Shown: in pieces, positions 14,837 through 28,119 of the stretch
Position numbering within the stretch: the first letter of the stretch is position 1
Layout of the letters: each line of letters begins with the position of its first letter
DNA from: Eledone cirrhosa
Taxonomy: Eukaryota
Length of the DNA: 64,000 nucleotides
NCBI GenBank assembly: GCA_964016885.1
Contig: OZ024742.1
Coordinates: forward strand, 303,180,001 to 303,244,000
Direction of reading: 5' to 3'
The notes under the pieces: generated by a model
What the model saw: the letters and a program-made list of their open reading frames with translations, nothing else
Told to the model about the DNA's origin: nothing
Database searches by the model: none
Translations under genes and position numbers: made by a program

Positions 14837-16344
14837 TTTTTATATAATATATATAAATATACATTTTCCATACCACATTGTCAACTGCAAATCAATGAAA
14901 TGACTATGTGGCTGGGTCAGTTTAAGGTATGCCGCTGGAGGTTTGGTTGGCAAATGGTTCCAGCTATCAAGAAGCTGGTAATTCAGAGAATTAGTACTAA
15001 CTACACTTAAATGAAATGGTAGGGAGATGGAGTCCAAATTGTGACTGGAACTAACAACCATTGCCAATTGCAGACGTCGCGGTAACAACATGGCCTTCTG
15101 CAAGTTCCATAGGGAACTTTAACACGGCGTTTTGGCAGAGGATCATATATATATTTTAAATGTAATAAGTATCTTTCAAATGAGGGGGTAGTATGCAAAA
15201 TGTTTCTTTTTTCCGCTATACTTTATAGGATTTGGGTTGCATACAACAATGGCAAAAACCCGACCTCATTACTGGTTGAGGAGTTTATGGTATCGAAATG
15301 TAACTGTCACATAATACTTGAGTATATAACGTATTCTATTGTTTATGTGGTTTTATCAATAGCTTTTGGCAGGCGGCAAACGGATCCCGAGAAATGCTGC
15401 TGGAAAGGCAGAAATCTCCATTTAAAGGAACAATTGGGAGCTACAGAATAGGGCACACAGACTGTTATCGAAATGATAACGGAACGTTTGAATATTCTAC
15501 TAGAATAGAATGCGAGATACTGTGATAGGAACAAGTTGAGTTTACGAATACTACAGGATTTTTAAAAATCCAATCTGTAGGCGTACTGTGGGATAGTGTT
15601 GCGCAAAATAATCGACCGTAGAACCTCCTGTGAAAGTATAATCAAACAATTCCAATTTCGTTCTGAGAATGGTATTTGATATATTCCGTCTCTGGTCAAT
15701 ATTAGAGGGTGGGGCTGGCCTGATATTGCTGATTGTCATTGGTGTTGAGATTATGCATCTCTGGGACAATTTCCTGGCAACATAGAAATCATTCTTTCTA
15801 GATCTATGTTTGATGCCATAACCAGCTTTTGAGTATCCTGGCAGGTACCATAAGACAACAACAGAACATTATAAATGCTGACTACTGTATAGAGCTAAGT
15901 GATGAGGCTTGTTACACTGGAGTTTCACTTTTGTACTGACAGAATTATCAGACAAGGCTGTATATGATGATTTTCTGAGTACACAGGAGAAACTCCAGAG
16001 TAACGAGATTCGTCATTTAGAAATAATAAAGAATATTTAAACTCTACTTCTGTTTTCAGTACACATTTTCATCTCTGTCAACATCATACAGATATATATA
16101 AAATGAAGAAATTGTTCAGTCTTTCTGGTAAGCATAGCACCTAGACTATGCTTTGACTGGATTTCAAATTACACATTAGTTTTTAAAAACGGATTTTCTA
16201 AATTTAGCGATAAATATAAATGCGTTTTTCAACTCGTTATCATGACTCTTAAATCTATATATTCAAACTCTTTATTCCATTACAAAATATAAGACATACA
16301 CACACTGATGCATTCCTACTTACAATTAGACATCGCCCTAATCA

Positions 16345-16690
16345 TTGACGGATCTCCCTGTTAAGCAAATCCTGTAACGTCTATGCTAAGTGTATGTCAA
16401 AGAAATGTAGAGATATTATCGAGTTTAAGTTAGCTGATGAACAGTGTGGTTTTCACCCCGGAGGCAACACAGCCAACGTAATATTCACATTGCGGCATGT
16501 CTTCGATAAATCGCGAGAGTATTATCGCGAAAAGGCATATGACCGCATTTCATGGGACCTGTTGTGGAAGGCTCTGCAGAAATATAGGACCGATGGATAA
16601 CTTCTTGTTGCCCCGATGTCTATATAAAATGCCGTAGTATTTGTTTGCGGATACATGCTGTTAAGTCGAAACCATTCAATGATGCTCGAA
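16345..16690 (+). mobile_element. RTE-type LINE reverse transcriptase fragment
   Basis: SLLSKSCNVYAK...EQCGFHPGGNTANVIFTLRHVFDKSREY...EKAYDRISWDLLWKAL, matching non-LTR RT domains 1-3. Confidence 0.85.
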
Positions 16691-18922
16691 GTCTGATATT
16701 TAATATAGCTTAAGATTACCAGCATGGTATCAGGAAATTAATGCGTTTCTAGGACATTCCCACCTTTCTCGGGTGAAGAAATGAGAAAATTGTTAATAAT
16801 GTTTGAAATACACTATTTCAAAATGATACTAATTATTTTATATTCAAAGGCTTCTGTGATATTCGATTAATAAGTTTAGTTTCACAGTCTAATAGGTGTG
16901 TGGATGAGATGCATCTGTAGGTAAATAGGGCACTAGTTTTCCTAGGAAATGCTCTGAGTGAGCTAACACAAATAAAGCGATGTAATAACAGTAATGTTGA
17001 AGATCTAATGAATGTTAAAACATTTGAAGTATTCCTAGCTTAATATATTTGGGATTTAATACGTCTCTACTTGGTCATTTAGTCCAGATTAAATTGATAT
17101 TATTACTTACCAGCCATGTCAAATTCTGTCATCATTGCTTTCAAACTTGCACTATCTTTACTGAACAGCATTTACTATAATGATTGCAGTTCAGGAAACG
17201 TAAATATCGACTTTGACTTTATAAGATAGAATATTGGAGTATGTTGATTCAACGCTAGAGTATTAAACAAACACGAAACTCAATTCTGCAATAGTATATT
17301 ATACACATTATACACATTTGTACTTTACTAAAAGCTCCGAGTTGCACCTTGCAGTACAGAAAAAACTAGAATAAATCTGTTGGACGAAACATTATTTCTT
17401 ACATAGGCACCAGAGATTAAAAAGGCGACTAAAATTGACCTCAAGACATGACAGGTACTTTATTTCATTGATTCCAAAAGGATACCATCAAAGTTCTTAA
17501 CAGAATTTAAACACTGGAAGCAAAATGGCAGAACAATCAACGTAAAACATTCTATCCGAGAATCTATCACACACAGTATGATTTTTCCAAACGAGAATAG
17601 ATTTGCGAGTAGTAAGGATGAAATGACTGATGTGAAATTCATGTCTGTCTGAATGAGATTTGTGAAACATGTAATGTTTACATAGCTGCAACAGGAATCA
17701 AAATGAGGTTTATGACTAACATCCTTGATTGTACTACAACTTAAATATATGTACCATAGGTTTTGATGAATTGTATTCCAGTTAGTTGATCGACTAGACT
17801 ATATTCCGATTGATGTAGCACGCAAGTGCCTAATTATTTCGTAGATAATATATACTTAATGTCAGAAAAATGTGACACAGATGGTGACATGGCTGGTCTT
17901 TGTAATTAAAGGGAGTCTATCAGACGGACGCTCATTCCACAGTTTCTGTTGACTCAGTTTCATTCACGAGACTCAGTTAATCTTAGAATATAATAAAATT
18001 AACCTGTCTAAATCCCATGCAGTCAGATCAAACCCGAGATTTCCTGACTCAAACGCAAAGCTCTTATCTCCTCGTCCTTGGTTATGTTCAATTTTGTACA
18101 GATATAACATCTAGCCAAATGTTTCGTTATATTGCTGACCTTAAATAAATTCTATCAATATGAGTGAAGAATGGACAGAGAAGAAAATTGCATTAGAATT
18201 ATCATTGACTGAATTACAAAATGACTGTAGAAATGTCTGCAATGTCCCAGCACACCAAATGTTCACGGGACAATACATTCATAAGGGATCGAAAACTGAT
18301 GCAGTTATTGTTTTGCTTAGTTTTGTTTGTCCCTTATTTGCAGGATATTTCTTTATGATTTCGATAGATGTTATCGAAGTCCTATTTGGTAGAAGTATTA
18401 AAATTTTTCTATGAAAGCAAAATCAACATTACTATCAGAATTCAAATACCACACAGCTATTTTCTAATTTGGTCACACTATAATGAACAGCTTTAGAATT
18501 CGAAATATTTATTTAATTACTCTTTGCCTGAAATATAATCTTTCTTAATTTTTAATTCATTTTTTATTCATTTTTTTCTGGAGAGAATAAAAGGTCAATA
18601 TATGCCATTTAGTAGGAATATTAATTTATTTCACTTTGAAATTTGCAATAAAGTTACATTGAAAAACAAAAGAAAGTGTGTAGAAAGGTAAGGAGGAGTA
18701 ATGACAAATTCCATTGAGATAGAAGAGCAAACGTTTATTTCTCTCTTCATTCGTCATTCAGTTCGGGGCACTTAATGTTGTAAAAACAAGAATAAAATAT
18801 TCATTAAAGGGAAAAAAAATGTTGAATAAACGAAGCATTTCAATGGTAGAGGGTGAGAGAAAGAAAGAAATAGAGAGACAGAAGGAAAGAGATAGAGAAA
18901 GTGTGTATGTGTTTGTGAGATA

Positions 18923-18953
<31 letters not shown>

Positions 18954-18996
18954 GGAGAGAGTGTGTAAGTGCGTATGTGTATGTGTAGGTGAGAGC

Positions 18997-19037
<41 letters not shown>

Positions 19038-19466
19038 AGTGCGTGTTTGTATGTGTAGGTGAGGGAGGAGAGAGAGCGGGTAAGTGCGTGTGTGTATGTG
19101 AAGGTGAGAGAGAGAGAGAGTATGTGTGTGAGTATGTGCGTGTGTGTGTGTATGTATGTGTGTGTGCGTGTGTTTGAGAGTGATAAATTGTAACAGAGAA
19201 TGAATGAAATTTGCGATGAAGAAAAAGTGAGAGAAATTGCGACCGATTTGCGGTAAAAGAAATAAACGAAAGTAATTAAGAAAGGAAAGATTTGAATGTA
19301 TAGAGATAAAAAGGAAAGATAGATTGAAATTCCAATCAAAAAATAGGAAAAGGAATGGGAGATATAGTTTTCTTTTGATTAGTCACACGGATGTATATTT
19401 TATTAGTGTAATGGCCAGAGTTATTAAATGCTTTTTTCTCGAAAGTAGCATAATTAAAATGTGATA

Positions 19467-19778
19467 CAGTGTACGCCGGAATTCACGGTCCCGGTTATTC
19501 GCGGAATTTTCCTTAGAACCTAACTAATAATTGTTTGAATAAACCACTGCATATTCGCGGAATCATGAACATTTTCCGCGATTTTTTAATGGCTTTTTTC
19601 GTGGCAATACATATTTTCCCACGCTTTTGATAACTATATACCGTATTTGCCGGCCTATATTTTACGTTATGTGTTGATGTTTATAGGCATTTTTACGGAC
19701 CACACCCAATATTCGCGGTTTTTTCCTCTTCGCAGATGCTCTAGCGACGTAAGCCCCGCGAATACCGGGGGACAACTG
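19467..19778. mobile_element. pogo/Tigger-like MITE
   Basis: Ends CAGTGTACGCCGGAATTCACGG / CCGCGAATACCGGGGGACAACTG with TA flanks and subterminal TATTCGCGG repeats. Confidence 0.7.
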
Positions 19779-19994
19779 TATATCAATATTCTAGTGCAAT
19801 CTCGACATCGTCTTCCAGTCAAAAAGATATAACTTTATACAGAACAATATGTATAAAATTACGAATAGAATTTTTAAATGTATGAGAAAATGAAGGAAAT
19901 ATACAAAGTGAATAATAAGTAATTAAAAGTCACAGAAGTAAAAATATTAAATACATATATATAGAGCAGAAGCAAACCAAAATTAAAGAACAAC

Positions 19995-20621
19995 ATACGT
20001 CTGGCCGAATGGTTAATAAGATCGTTTTGAAGTCTCGGGTTCGTTCCCAGTTCGAGCAATCTTGGTAAAGTGTCATTTACCATAGTCTATGGACGACACA
20101 GGCCATGTGAGTAAAATATGGGGGACATAAACTTGTTTGATGGGTTGTACCTTAACTCAATAGGTTAGCGTTGTCACACATTTTGCCCACTCACATCTCT
20201 GAAACACTTGTGTAAGGGTTACATGAAGCTGTGAATTGCGCATTAATTTCATTGCGTAGGCCGTTCCGTTGATAAAACAACTGGAACATGCATTATTGAA
20301 AGCGATGAAGTCCATTCCATGCTCTCTACATAGATGACATTTACACTCTTCTCTTCATATGGGTAGAGAAATTGGTGGAAACTCGTTTGATGGGCTGTAC
20401 CTATAACTCAAACGGTCAGCATTGTCACACATTTTATCAACTCATTTCTCTCAGAGACTTCTGTAAAGGTTACATAAAACTGTGAATTGTACAGCCACTT
20501 ACTCATTAATATCATGCGTAGGCCGTTCTGTCGATCGAAGAGCTGGAACACTCATCGTTGCAAGCGACAGAGGTCCATTCCATACTCTCTACATAGATGA
20601 AATTTACACTCTTCTCTTCAT
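19995..20621 (+). mobile_element. Old CORE-type SINE with a tandemly duplicated 3' body (20128-20360 / 20378-20621)
   Basis: tRNA-like head TGGCCGAATGGTTAA...GGGTTCGTTCCC. The two diverged units share unique flank (CTCTCTACATAGATGA.ATTTACACTCTTCTCTTCATAT). The body is related to 4580-4760 and 13930-14100. Confidence 0.65.
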
Positions 20622-20870
20622 ATTGAAGTTCACAAGGGTAAAATTGTTAAATATCACTGAAATGATTTTTGTGGAAGGTATAAATGTAAGGAATCCTAAC
20701 ATATGATTGAATATGATGTATTTCATATCGGAAGTATGGGAAATAGTAACTCTTTCTAATCAATATTTCTGTATCAATTCTGATACATATATCTTCATCA
20801 AAGGTATTGTAGCCAGAAGTAATGTGATAGAGTTGTATAACTAAGAATATGTTGCTAAGCATATACGAGA

Positions 20871-20954
<84 letters not shown>

Positions 20955-21011
20955 GTATAATGAATATATATATGTATATATATATATATCTATGTATGTG
21001 TATATATACTT

Positions 21012-21048
<37 letters not shown>

Positions 21049-21080
21049 CAGTATATATATGTATGTATACATATTTTTAT

Positions 21081-21124
<44 letters not shown>

Positions 21125-21488
21125 GCATATGTAGGTGTTTATATACATATATATATATATATACACATGCAGATCAAAGCGCATTCACTATCCGCCATCT
21201 CATCTCCCTATGTCCTTTGATTTCTGTCCACCATTCGATATCTCACTCCTGATTACAACATTATGTACATCGTCGTCTGTAGCAGTGTGGCTGTTAATAC
21301 ATGTTATTACTAGTGTCACTAATGTAAAGTTATAGATTTCATCTGATACGCAGACCACTGCCATAGACAGTATTCTGAGCCAGTAAACTTTTGTATGGCT
21401 TTAAGTTTAAATATAATTATTTTTCTCACTTGAAATTTAAGGCAAATATCTTTGCCAGAAAATCGTTGAATACACATCTACGCGCGCG

Positions 21489-21536
<48 letters not shown>

Positions 21537-21689
21537 AACATTAAATATATATATACATATAAATGCACCCACACACACGCACATACACATAAACACATAA
21601 AAACACAAACAAACACTCACATATTAACATTCACGCACACACCGACACATACCCACCTGTATATATATATATATAATATATATATCATA

Positions 21690-22052
21690 GTAATGGTTTC
21701 TTGTATAGGCACAAGGTCATACATTTTGGGGGAGGGCAAAGTCGATTAAATCGGCCTCAGTGCATTACTGGTGCTCTATTTTATCGACTCCGAAAGGTAA
21801 AGCTAACCACGGCTGGATTTGAACTCTGATCGTGAAGGGGTGTACCAATACTGCCAATTCTCCGCTCTATATAATAATAATTGTTTATATTTTGGGCACA
21901 AGGCCAGCAATTATCCCAGTGCATTACTGGTACTTTATTTTATTGACCGCGCAAAGTTAACCTCAGCAGGATTTGAACTCAGATCGTAAAGGACGTAATT
22001 TTATACTGCAAAGCATGGCGTCCGACCCTTTACTGATACTGCCAATCCACCG
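21690..22052 (-). mobile_element. Two adjacent SINE family 1 copies (21690-21870, 21878-22052)
   Basis: The CAGTGCATTACTGGT...GGATTTGAACTC...ACTGCCAAT signature occurs twice. Confidence 0.8.
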
Positions 22053-22218
22053 CAGGGACAAAGTATCAATATAAAATCATGCAGGATTGTTGACGAAAGA
22101 ACAACTCAAGAAATGCATTTGAAAGTGTACATGTTATAAAGATTCTTTCTTTCATATATACATACCAGGTGCCTTTGTCGAACACTTTTTATTATATTTT
22201 CCTTATATATATATATAT

Positions 22219-22286
<68 letters not shown>

Positions 22287-25216
22287 GTGTGTGTGTGTGT
22301 GTGAATATATATATATATATCCATGGCGGAACAGTGTACCGCATTCGACCATGAATCTCTGTTTTAGTTTCCTTCCCCTTCTTTATCGAGATTAGTAGGT
22401 CTCCGTGTGATTGTCGTGTGAATGTTTTCATTATTTATGTACTCCATATAGGAGATGCTCCTGATTTCTCTAAAATATCTCGCTTTGAATGTCAGTATCT
22501 CCCGCCCGTAATATGAGTTAGGGATAATGTTAGTGGTTGGGTTAGGAATAGGGCCACGTCTCACAAGTTTATAGAAAAAAGCCAGAGTATTACAGTGCAC
22601 AAGAGTTTCAGTTTAGCTTTAAGACAAGTGATCTTTTTCTCACTATATTGGTCTCAACCTTGACAATACTGCTGAAGTTTGAACATCTCTTGAAAGTATT
22701 CCCTGCTGTGACCCACCTTCGTTGATGATGCAGCCTAGGTCAACAAGTTGACAGTGTTTGTTTTGTCCGTATTCTTTTGGCTGCTTCTTATAATTTTTGT
22801 CGTGAGCATGCTAATATATATATCAATAATTATTTGCTGAAGCTACCGTACAACGAGACCTAACTCTAAATCAAGTGGATGCGAAGCGAACATTTAAAGA
22901 GCATAGCTATGTTTGCACACAAGATGGAAATGTCTTTTCCAGCGATATGGACATGTTTCTTGAATAATATGGCATAACATTAACCTACAAATTCCACAGA
23001 CTTTCCTGAAGAAAGTGAGCTTTTTCCCCAATATAAATTATAATTTTTATTCGACATTCTAATTTGCGGCCAAATACTTTGCCTTCTTGGATCCTACCTC
23101 CTTCTTTTCCATTAGCACGGCCTTTGGCAAATTCATAATCGTCAAACAGTATTATTCTTCCGCTTAGAAATAACTGGCTCTGTGCCAAATAATAAAATCA
23201 ATCATTTAACTTCGAGCTGATATTACCTGTGTTATTTTGGTTTCTAAATTAATTAATTAGCCTATAAGAACCATAAAACCGAATTTTAATCGAATGTTAA
23301 GAAAAGAGATAAGTGAACGAATGGAATGTTGGGAAGAATAGGAGAATATAGATGGAGTATATTACTGGACTTAATCAAAGATGATTGACAAAACTATCAG
23401 TAATATGAAATCTACTTCTCGAGTATTTCCGATATGAAAAGTAATGACGTTAGCACAGTAAGGAAAGCTAATATTCTACTTGGAGCTAACATTTAATTAT
23501 ATATTTATGCAAGAAAATTAAAACGGTATTTCATACAGTAAAATGAGGGACTTCAATTATATAGTTATGCTGGTTAACATTCTAGGTTTAACCCTTCATA
23601 AATGTCATGAACATACATTTCATCGTCTTATACAAAATCATTCGATTATATTGCTTTAAGTTATTCAACACGTTACATTGATTTCTTGAGAAGAATCCCA
23701 AATTTATAGGTGCGTGATGGAAAGAGATAAACACTGATAGAATTTTGCCAGGGGATTAGTGACGTAAGGAAATTGAAATTAAGTCAACGAAGACATGGAT
23801 TCTGCCTCACAGAAAGTTACCTTTGCTCAAGTTAGATCGTAACACATTTCGTAAGCACAATACTACATAGATATTGGGAATGGACATGGACATTTATTAT
23901 ATTTCGACCATTCGATAATTGGTCTCAAGGATTCGCCTCAGTTCCGGCCTGATTAAGCAGACCGATGAGCAACAGAGTTATAACATTGACCATTCTATAA
24001 TTTTTAGATATAGTATACTTTGAAGTATCCAACATGCCGTTTCTCTTTTAAAGACAATTGGTAGGGTTTGGGGAAAATGTGTTGCTGTCGTTTCTCTTAG
24101 GCTGATGGTCTGCATTCGTGTTCTGTCATTAAGAACAGAAGGAAGAAAAAGAAAGAAGCAAGCCGCCAGCTAACTGAATCTGTGAAACATTTCTGATAAT
24201 TGTTTGGAAATATTTCACTCTAAAGACATATATGTTCTGAAGGTATGGCTTGGTCTGGAGGGAAAGATTGTACCCATAACGTTTGCCTGCCTTCTAAGCC
24301 TGATGTGATTGATATGGTTGTTGTTCCCGAACAATTGCATATCACCGACGGCAGGGATAACATGGGTAGGTATGGGGAATTCCAGAAGGATCAGCGTAAT
24401 GATCAATGTGGAGCTTACAGTGGCATAAATGTTATAGATAACTAGTAAAAGGGAAAAGGGTAGTATGAATACAGCCACGAAACGAAAGCTACTGTAACAG
24501 AGGTATTCCACTCATCCATATTTACGGCTTTACACTTACGTACAACTATAGTAAACTTTTATTCGATACAAGTGTTCCGTAATGTAATGATGAAATAAGT
24601 TTCTGGTGAACCTATGGGTTTAATAATCTCAAATCTCGGTCAGAGTTATTTTGCTTTTATAGCCAAAGATAACAATATTTTTATATAAACACAACGAAAC
24701 TAAAATTGGAATTTGTTTCTGAAAAATCAAATAGATAAAATGTTTACTTAAATAAATAAATAACTGGGAAATATCTTGTCTCTGTAATTATTTTATAATA
24801 TCTTGTTTGTCTTTCATGTGCACCGTGTGCATTTATTCTTTCGCTTTTATGTAATACTGATCCGGAAAAAATTGCTTTTTATTATATCATTATCTTGTAT
24901 TAAAAGTCTGTTGTGGGTCATTGCTTTAAGGCAGCGTCTCTGAATAAACAAAACGTTTATAAAAACAGATAATGAGGGAGAGAGTTACAAAGAAGGAAAC
25001 GGAAAGAAGTAGAATTACAAAAAAATGCAGAATAATGGTCTTTAAAAAAGAGAGAAACAGTGAGAGACAGTGTACAAGGTGAAAATAGAAAGCTGAAGTT
25101 GAGAGAAAATGCTACACAATCTAATAGGAATACAGCTAAAGAAGAATGGAGGGAAATAGAATTATATATATAGACACACACACCATACACACACACGCAC
25201 ACGCACATACACACAC

Positions 25217-25341
<125 letters not shown>

Positions 25342-25869
25342 CCTTATCGAGCCCTCTTCGGATTTTAGTCGTCACATTTAATATATGTATATATATACTT
25401 CACAAGTCGAAAAGGGAGATTTTCTGGTGCTGCCTAGATTTCAACAAATACTTGCAAATCTAAGTGGAGACATACTTGAGAGACATGTGGTTGAGAGTAG
25501 TCTTCTCTTGTGAAAATGTGTATAGCTTTCATTATGTACAATCTACCTAATTCGCTTCATTTATCCCGTTGTGGGGCATTTATTTTCATGGTACTCCTCG
25601 TTTGGGGTTTTAGGGGTTGACAGGTCAGCTATGGTAAAGGTTTACCAGCTGATCTGAACAAAGCAACGATCTTCTAAAGCAAAATGTAGATCATTGATAT
25701 CCGAAGAGAGCTTGAAATAGCCATACTGAAACCAGACACTGTCTGTAGTATCGACATGAAAACGCAACAAACTGCTAAACTGGATCGAGTATAAACACCT
25801 CCCGAATTTACTGAGGAATGTGTAAGAATGTAAAAGAATAGTAGGACTACAATAATTTATGTTCATGAA

Positions 25870-26400
25870 AGGACCAGCTAGAATATTGAGATCGCCGGCC
25901 CCTTCCTACGTTATGCTGCTCTCAAGGAGATAAAAAAATATAGCTTTAACGTAGCTGGAATATCTTCCCAGATCAAGCTAGCAGGGCATGCCCAGGGGGA
26001 CGGCAATAGGCCAGACAGCATAACAACCTTCATAAGACCTTCATTTGGAATGCTACATGGTACATTCGGTTATTAACACTGGCGTCTCTGTTCGTCAGAC
26101 CGAAGAGAGAACTATCCAAATACCGGTCGCTCGCAAATAGGGTTGTGATCGAGTCTGCAGCAGCGGAAACGTCCGGTGTTCCTGGCCCCAAGACCACATT
26201 CCTACTCACTCTTTTCGGGATGGAATTGGCTGTCTGTAGAAGCGAGTCACGCGAATTCGAATGACTATTCCAATGCATACCTATCACCATCCGTCGGCGC
26301 AAGCGTTCCTTTTGCTGTCCACAGAGACCACGGGGTATCCGGCACATACGCTCCCACACTTCGTCCAGGACCGTATTACTGGGATAGCGTGATTGAGTTG
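25870..26400 (+). mobile_element. Degenerate 5' region/APE endonuclease of an RTE-like LINE
   Basis: GC-richer island with ATWYIR (TWNVR-like) and GTYAPT (YAPT motif) remnants. Confidence 0.45.
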
Positions 26401-27760
26401 TACTCTTTCATTAATAAGCTGGTATTTTGAACATAAATTTAGTTTACTCGGAAACAATTGACTCGGTAAACGTTACTTTAAACAGATAGTCTAGAGGAGA
26501 AATAATTACTTGATACCAACTATATGAAAACAGACTTGGGTTTATGTGATATATTCAATAACAGTAGTACTATAAAAGTAAATAGAGCGTGATCTTAAAC
26601 TAGATAAACACCCAGTGAAACACCATTTCCACAAATGGAATGAAAATATCGCACACAAAATTGAGAAAAAATTATGAAAAACCTATCCTTAATTTGTGAA
26701 CTAAAGAAAGAGGGAGCAAGGATGAAAAAAGCTTTTAAAAATTATCTAAATTTTCAAAACGAAAGGATCAAGGATAAAAAGCCTTTAGAAACAAAAGAAA
26801 ACTGCACAGCAGCAAAAACATGTCGAATGAGATGCTTTGAAAAACGTGAAAATTACTTAGAAGAAAATAACATTTTCGAAACAAACAGCAAGTGATTCTA
26901 CATAGACACCAACAAGATAAATCGGATAATATGAAATGATAAGAATAAGGAAAATATATATGTATTATAAGATATCTGTAGTACGGCGTGATAATATTTT
27001 TTCACAATAAGTTCACTGTTTCGAAACTTCTAATCACAAATGTAAAATAATCAGATATAATGGCATATATTGTCAGACATGGTGGAGGAGCAGTGTATTC
27101 TGATTAGAAAATAGCATAGTGATTGTCACCTACATACAATTTTCATAGATACATTCACACAAAACCATTTACATATACACAAACACAGTCACACAGATAC
27201 TGACATGTACAGAGACACGCATAAAAAGTTTTCTTGCAGAATTTCAGGTTCAATAGTACAGCGCATGTCAAATTACCATACTGTATAGTGAAAGTGTCAT
27301 TGCTTTGGTTCCATACATATCATTGTACTCCATAAAGATAATTGGTTTTATGCACTGTCCTTGCAGAACTTAGTGGACAGGAGAGGAATGAAGCTTCCAT
27401 CATGTAATTGTCTTTCAGTGCAGAGAGGGTCCACTTCTAACGCCATATATAAAATGACCAATATGGCAATGTGATTGCTATATATACGAGCTACTTTGCA
27501 GGATTAATTTTAAATATTAATGTAACGGACGGCAGATTAATACTTAGACATTGAGATATAAGGTTAAAATTAAGTGTCAGCGATTTTCTTGGTAAAATCA
27601 TAACTATTGCAATCATTTCTATTCTAAGAAAGATCCAATCCATTTGCAACCTATGTATTCGCAAGTTTTTAAAGGTTAGAGTCATGCATTCGCACTGAGC
27701 TACCTCGCAGAGTTGGCTAGTTTTAGTTCCATACAGAACTTACATTACAACTACTATTAA

Positions 27761-27915
27761 TTGGCAGTATCGATAGAGGGTCGGACGCCATGCTTTGCAG
27801 CACAGAGTTACGGCCCTTTATGGTCTGAGTTCAAATCCCGCCGAGGTTAACTTTGCCTTTCATCCTTACAGGGTCGATACTGAAATAATTGCTGGCATTG
27901 TGTCAAAGGTAGAAC
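27761..27915 (+). mobile_element. SINE family 1 copy
   Basis: TTGGCAGTATCGATAGAGGGTCGGACGCC...GAGTTCAAATCCCGCCGAGGTTAACTTTGCCTTTCATCC. Confidence 0.85.
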
Positions 27916-28072
27916 AAATTAATTAAATACATACATAGACGCGCGCACACAAGCACGAAGATATCATTACGCACACACACATGCCGCCCCCACACACATA
28001 CTCACAGAGACACGCACACACACGCACACAGACAGACAGACACACACACAGTCACTCTCTCACGCACACACG

Positions 28073-28119
<47 letters not shown>

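Noticed and set aside
14840-15870. Complex-sequence ORFs (also 18160-18414, 29185-29710, 30140-30337) as host exons
   Set aside because: No recognisable domain or consistent splice pattern; more likely ancient TE debris.
22450-22505. Minus-strand GGAGATA-CTGACAT...GAAA...ATCTCC HHR-like pattern; similar weak cases near 14365, 25340 and 53400
   Set aside because: Core nucleotides are non-canonical; at best old relics.
27761-27850. tRNA gene
   Set aside because: The A/B boxes belong to a multi-copy SINE head; no cloverleaf.
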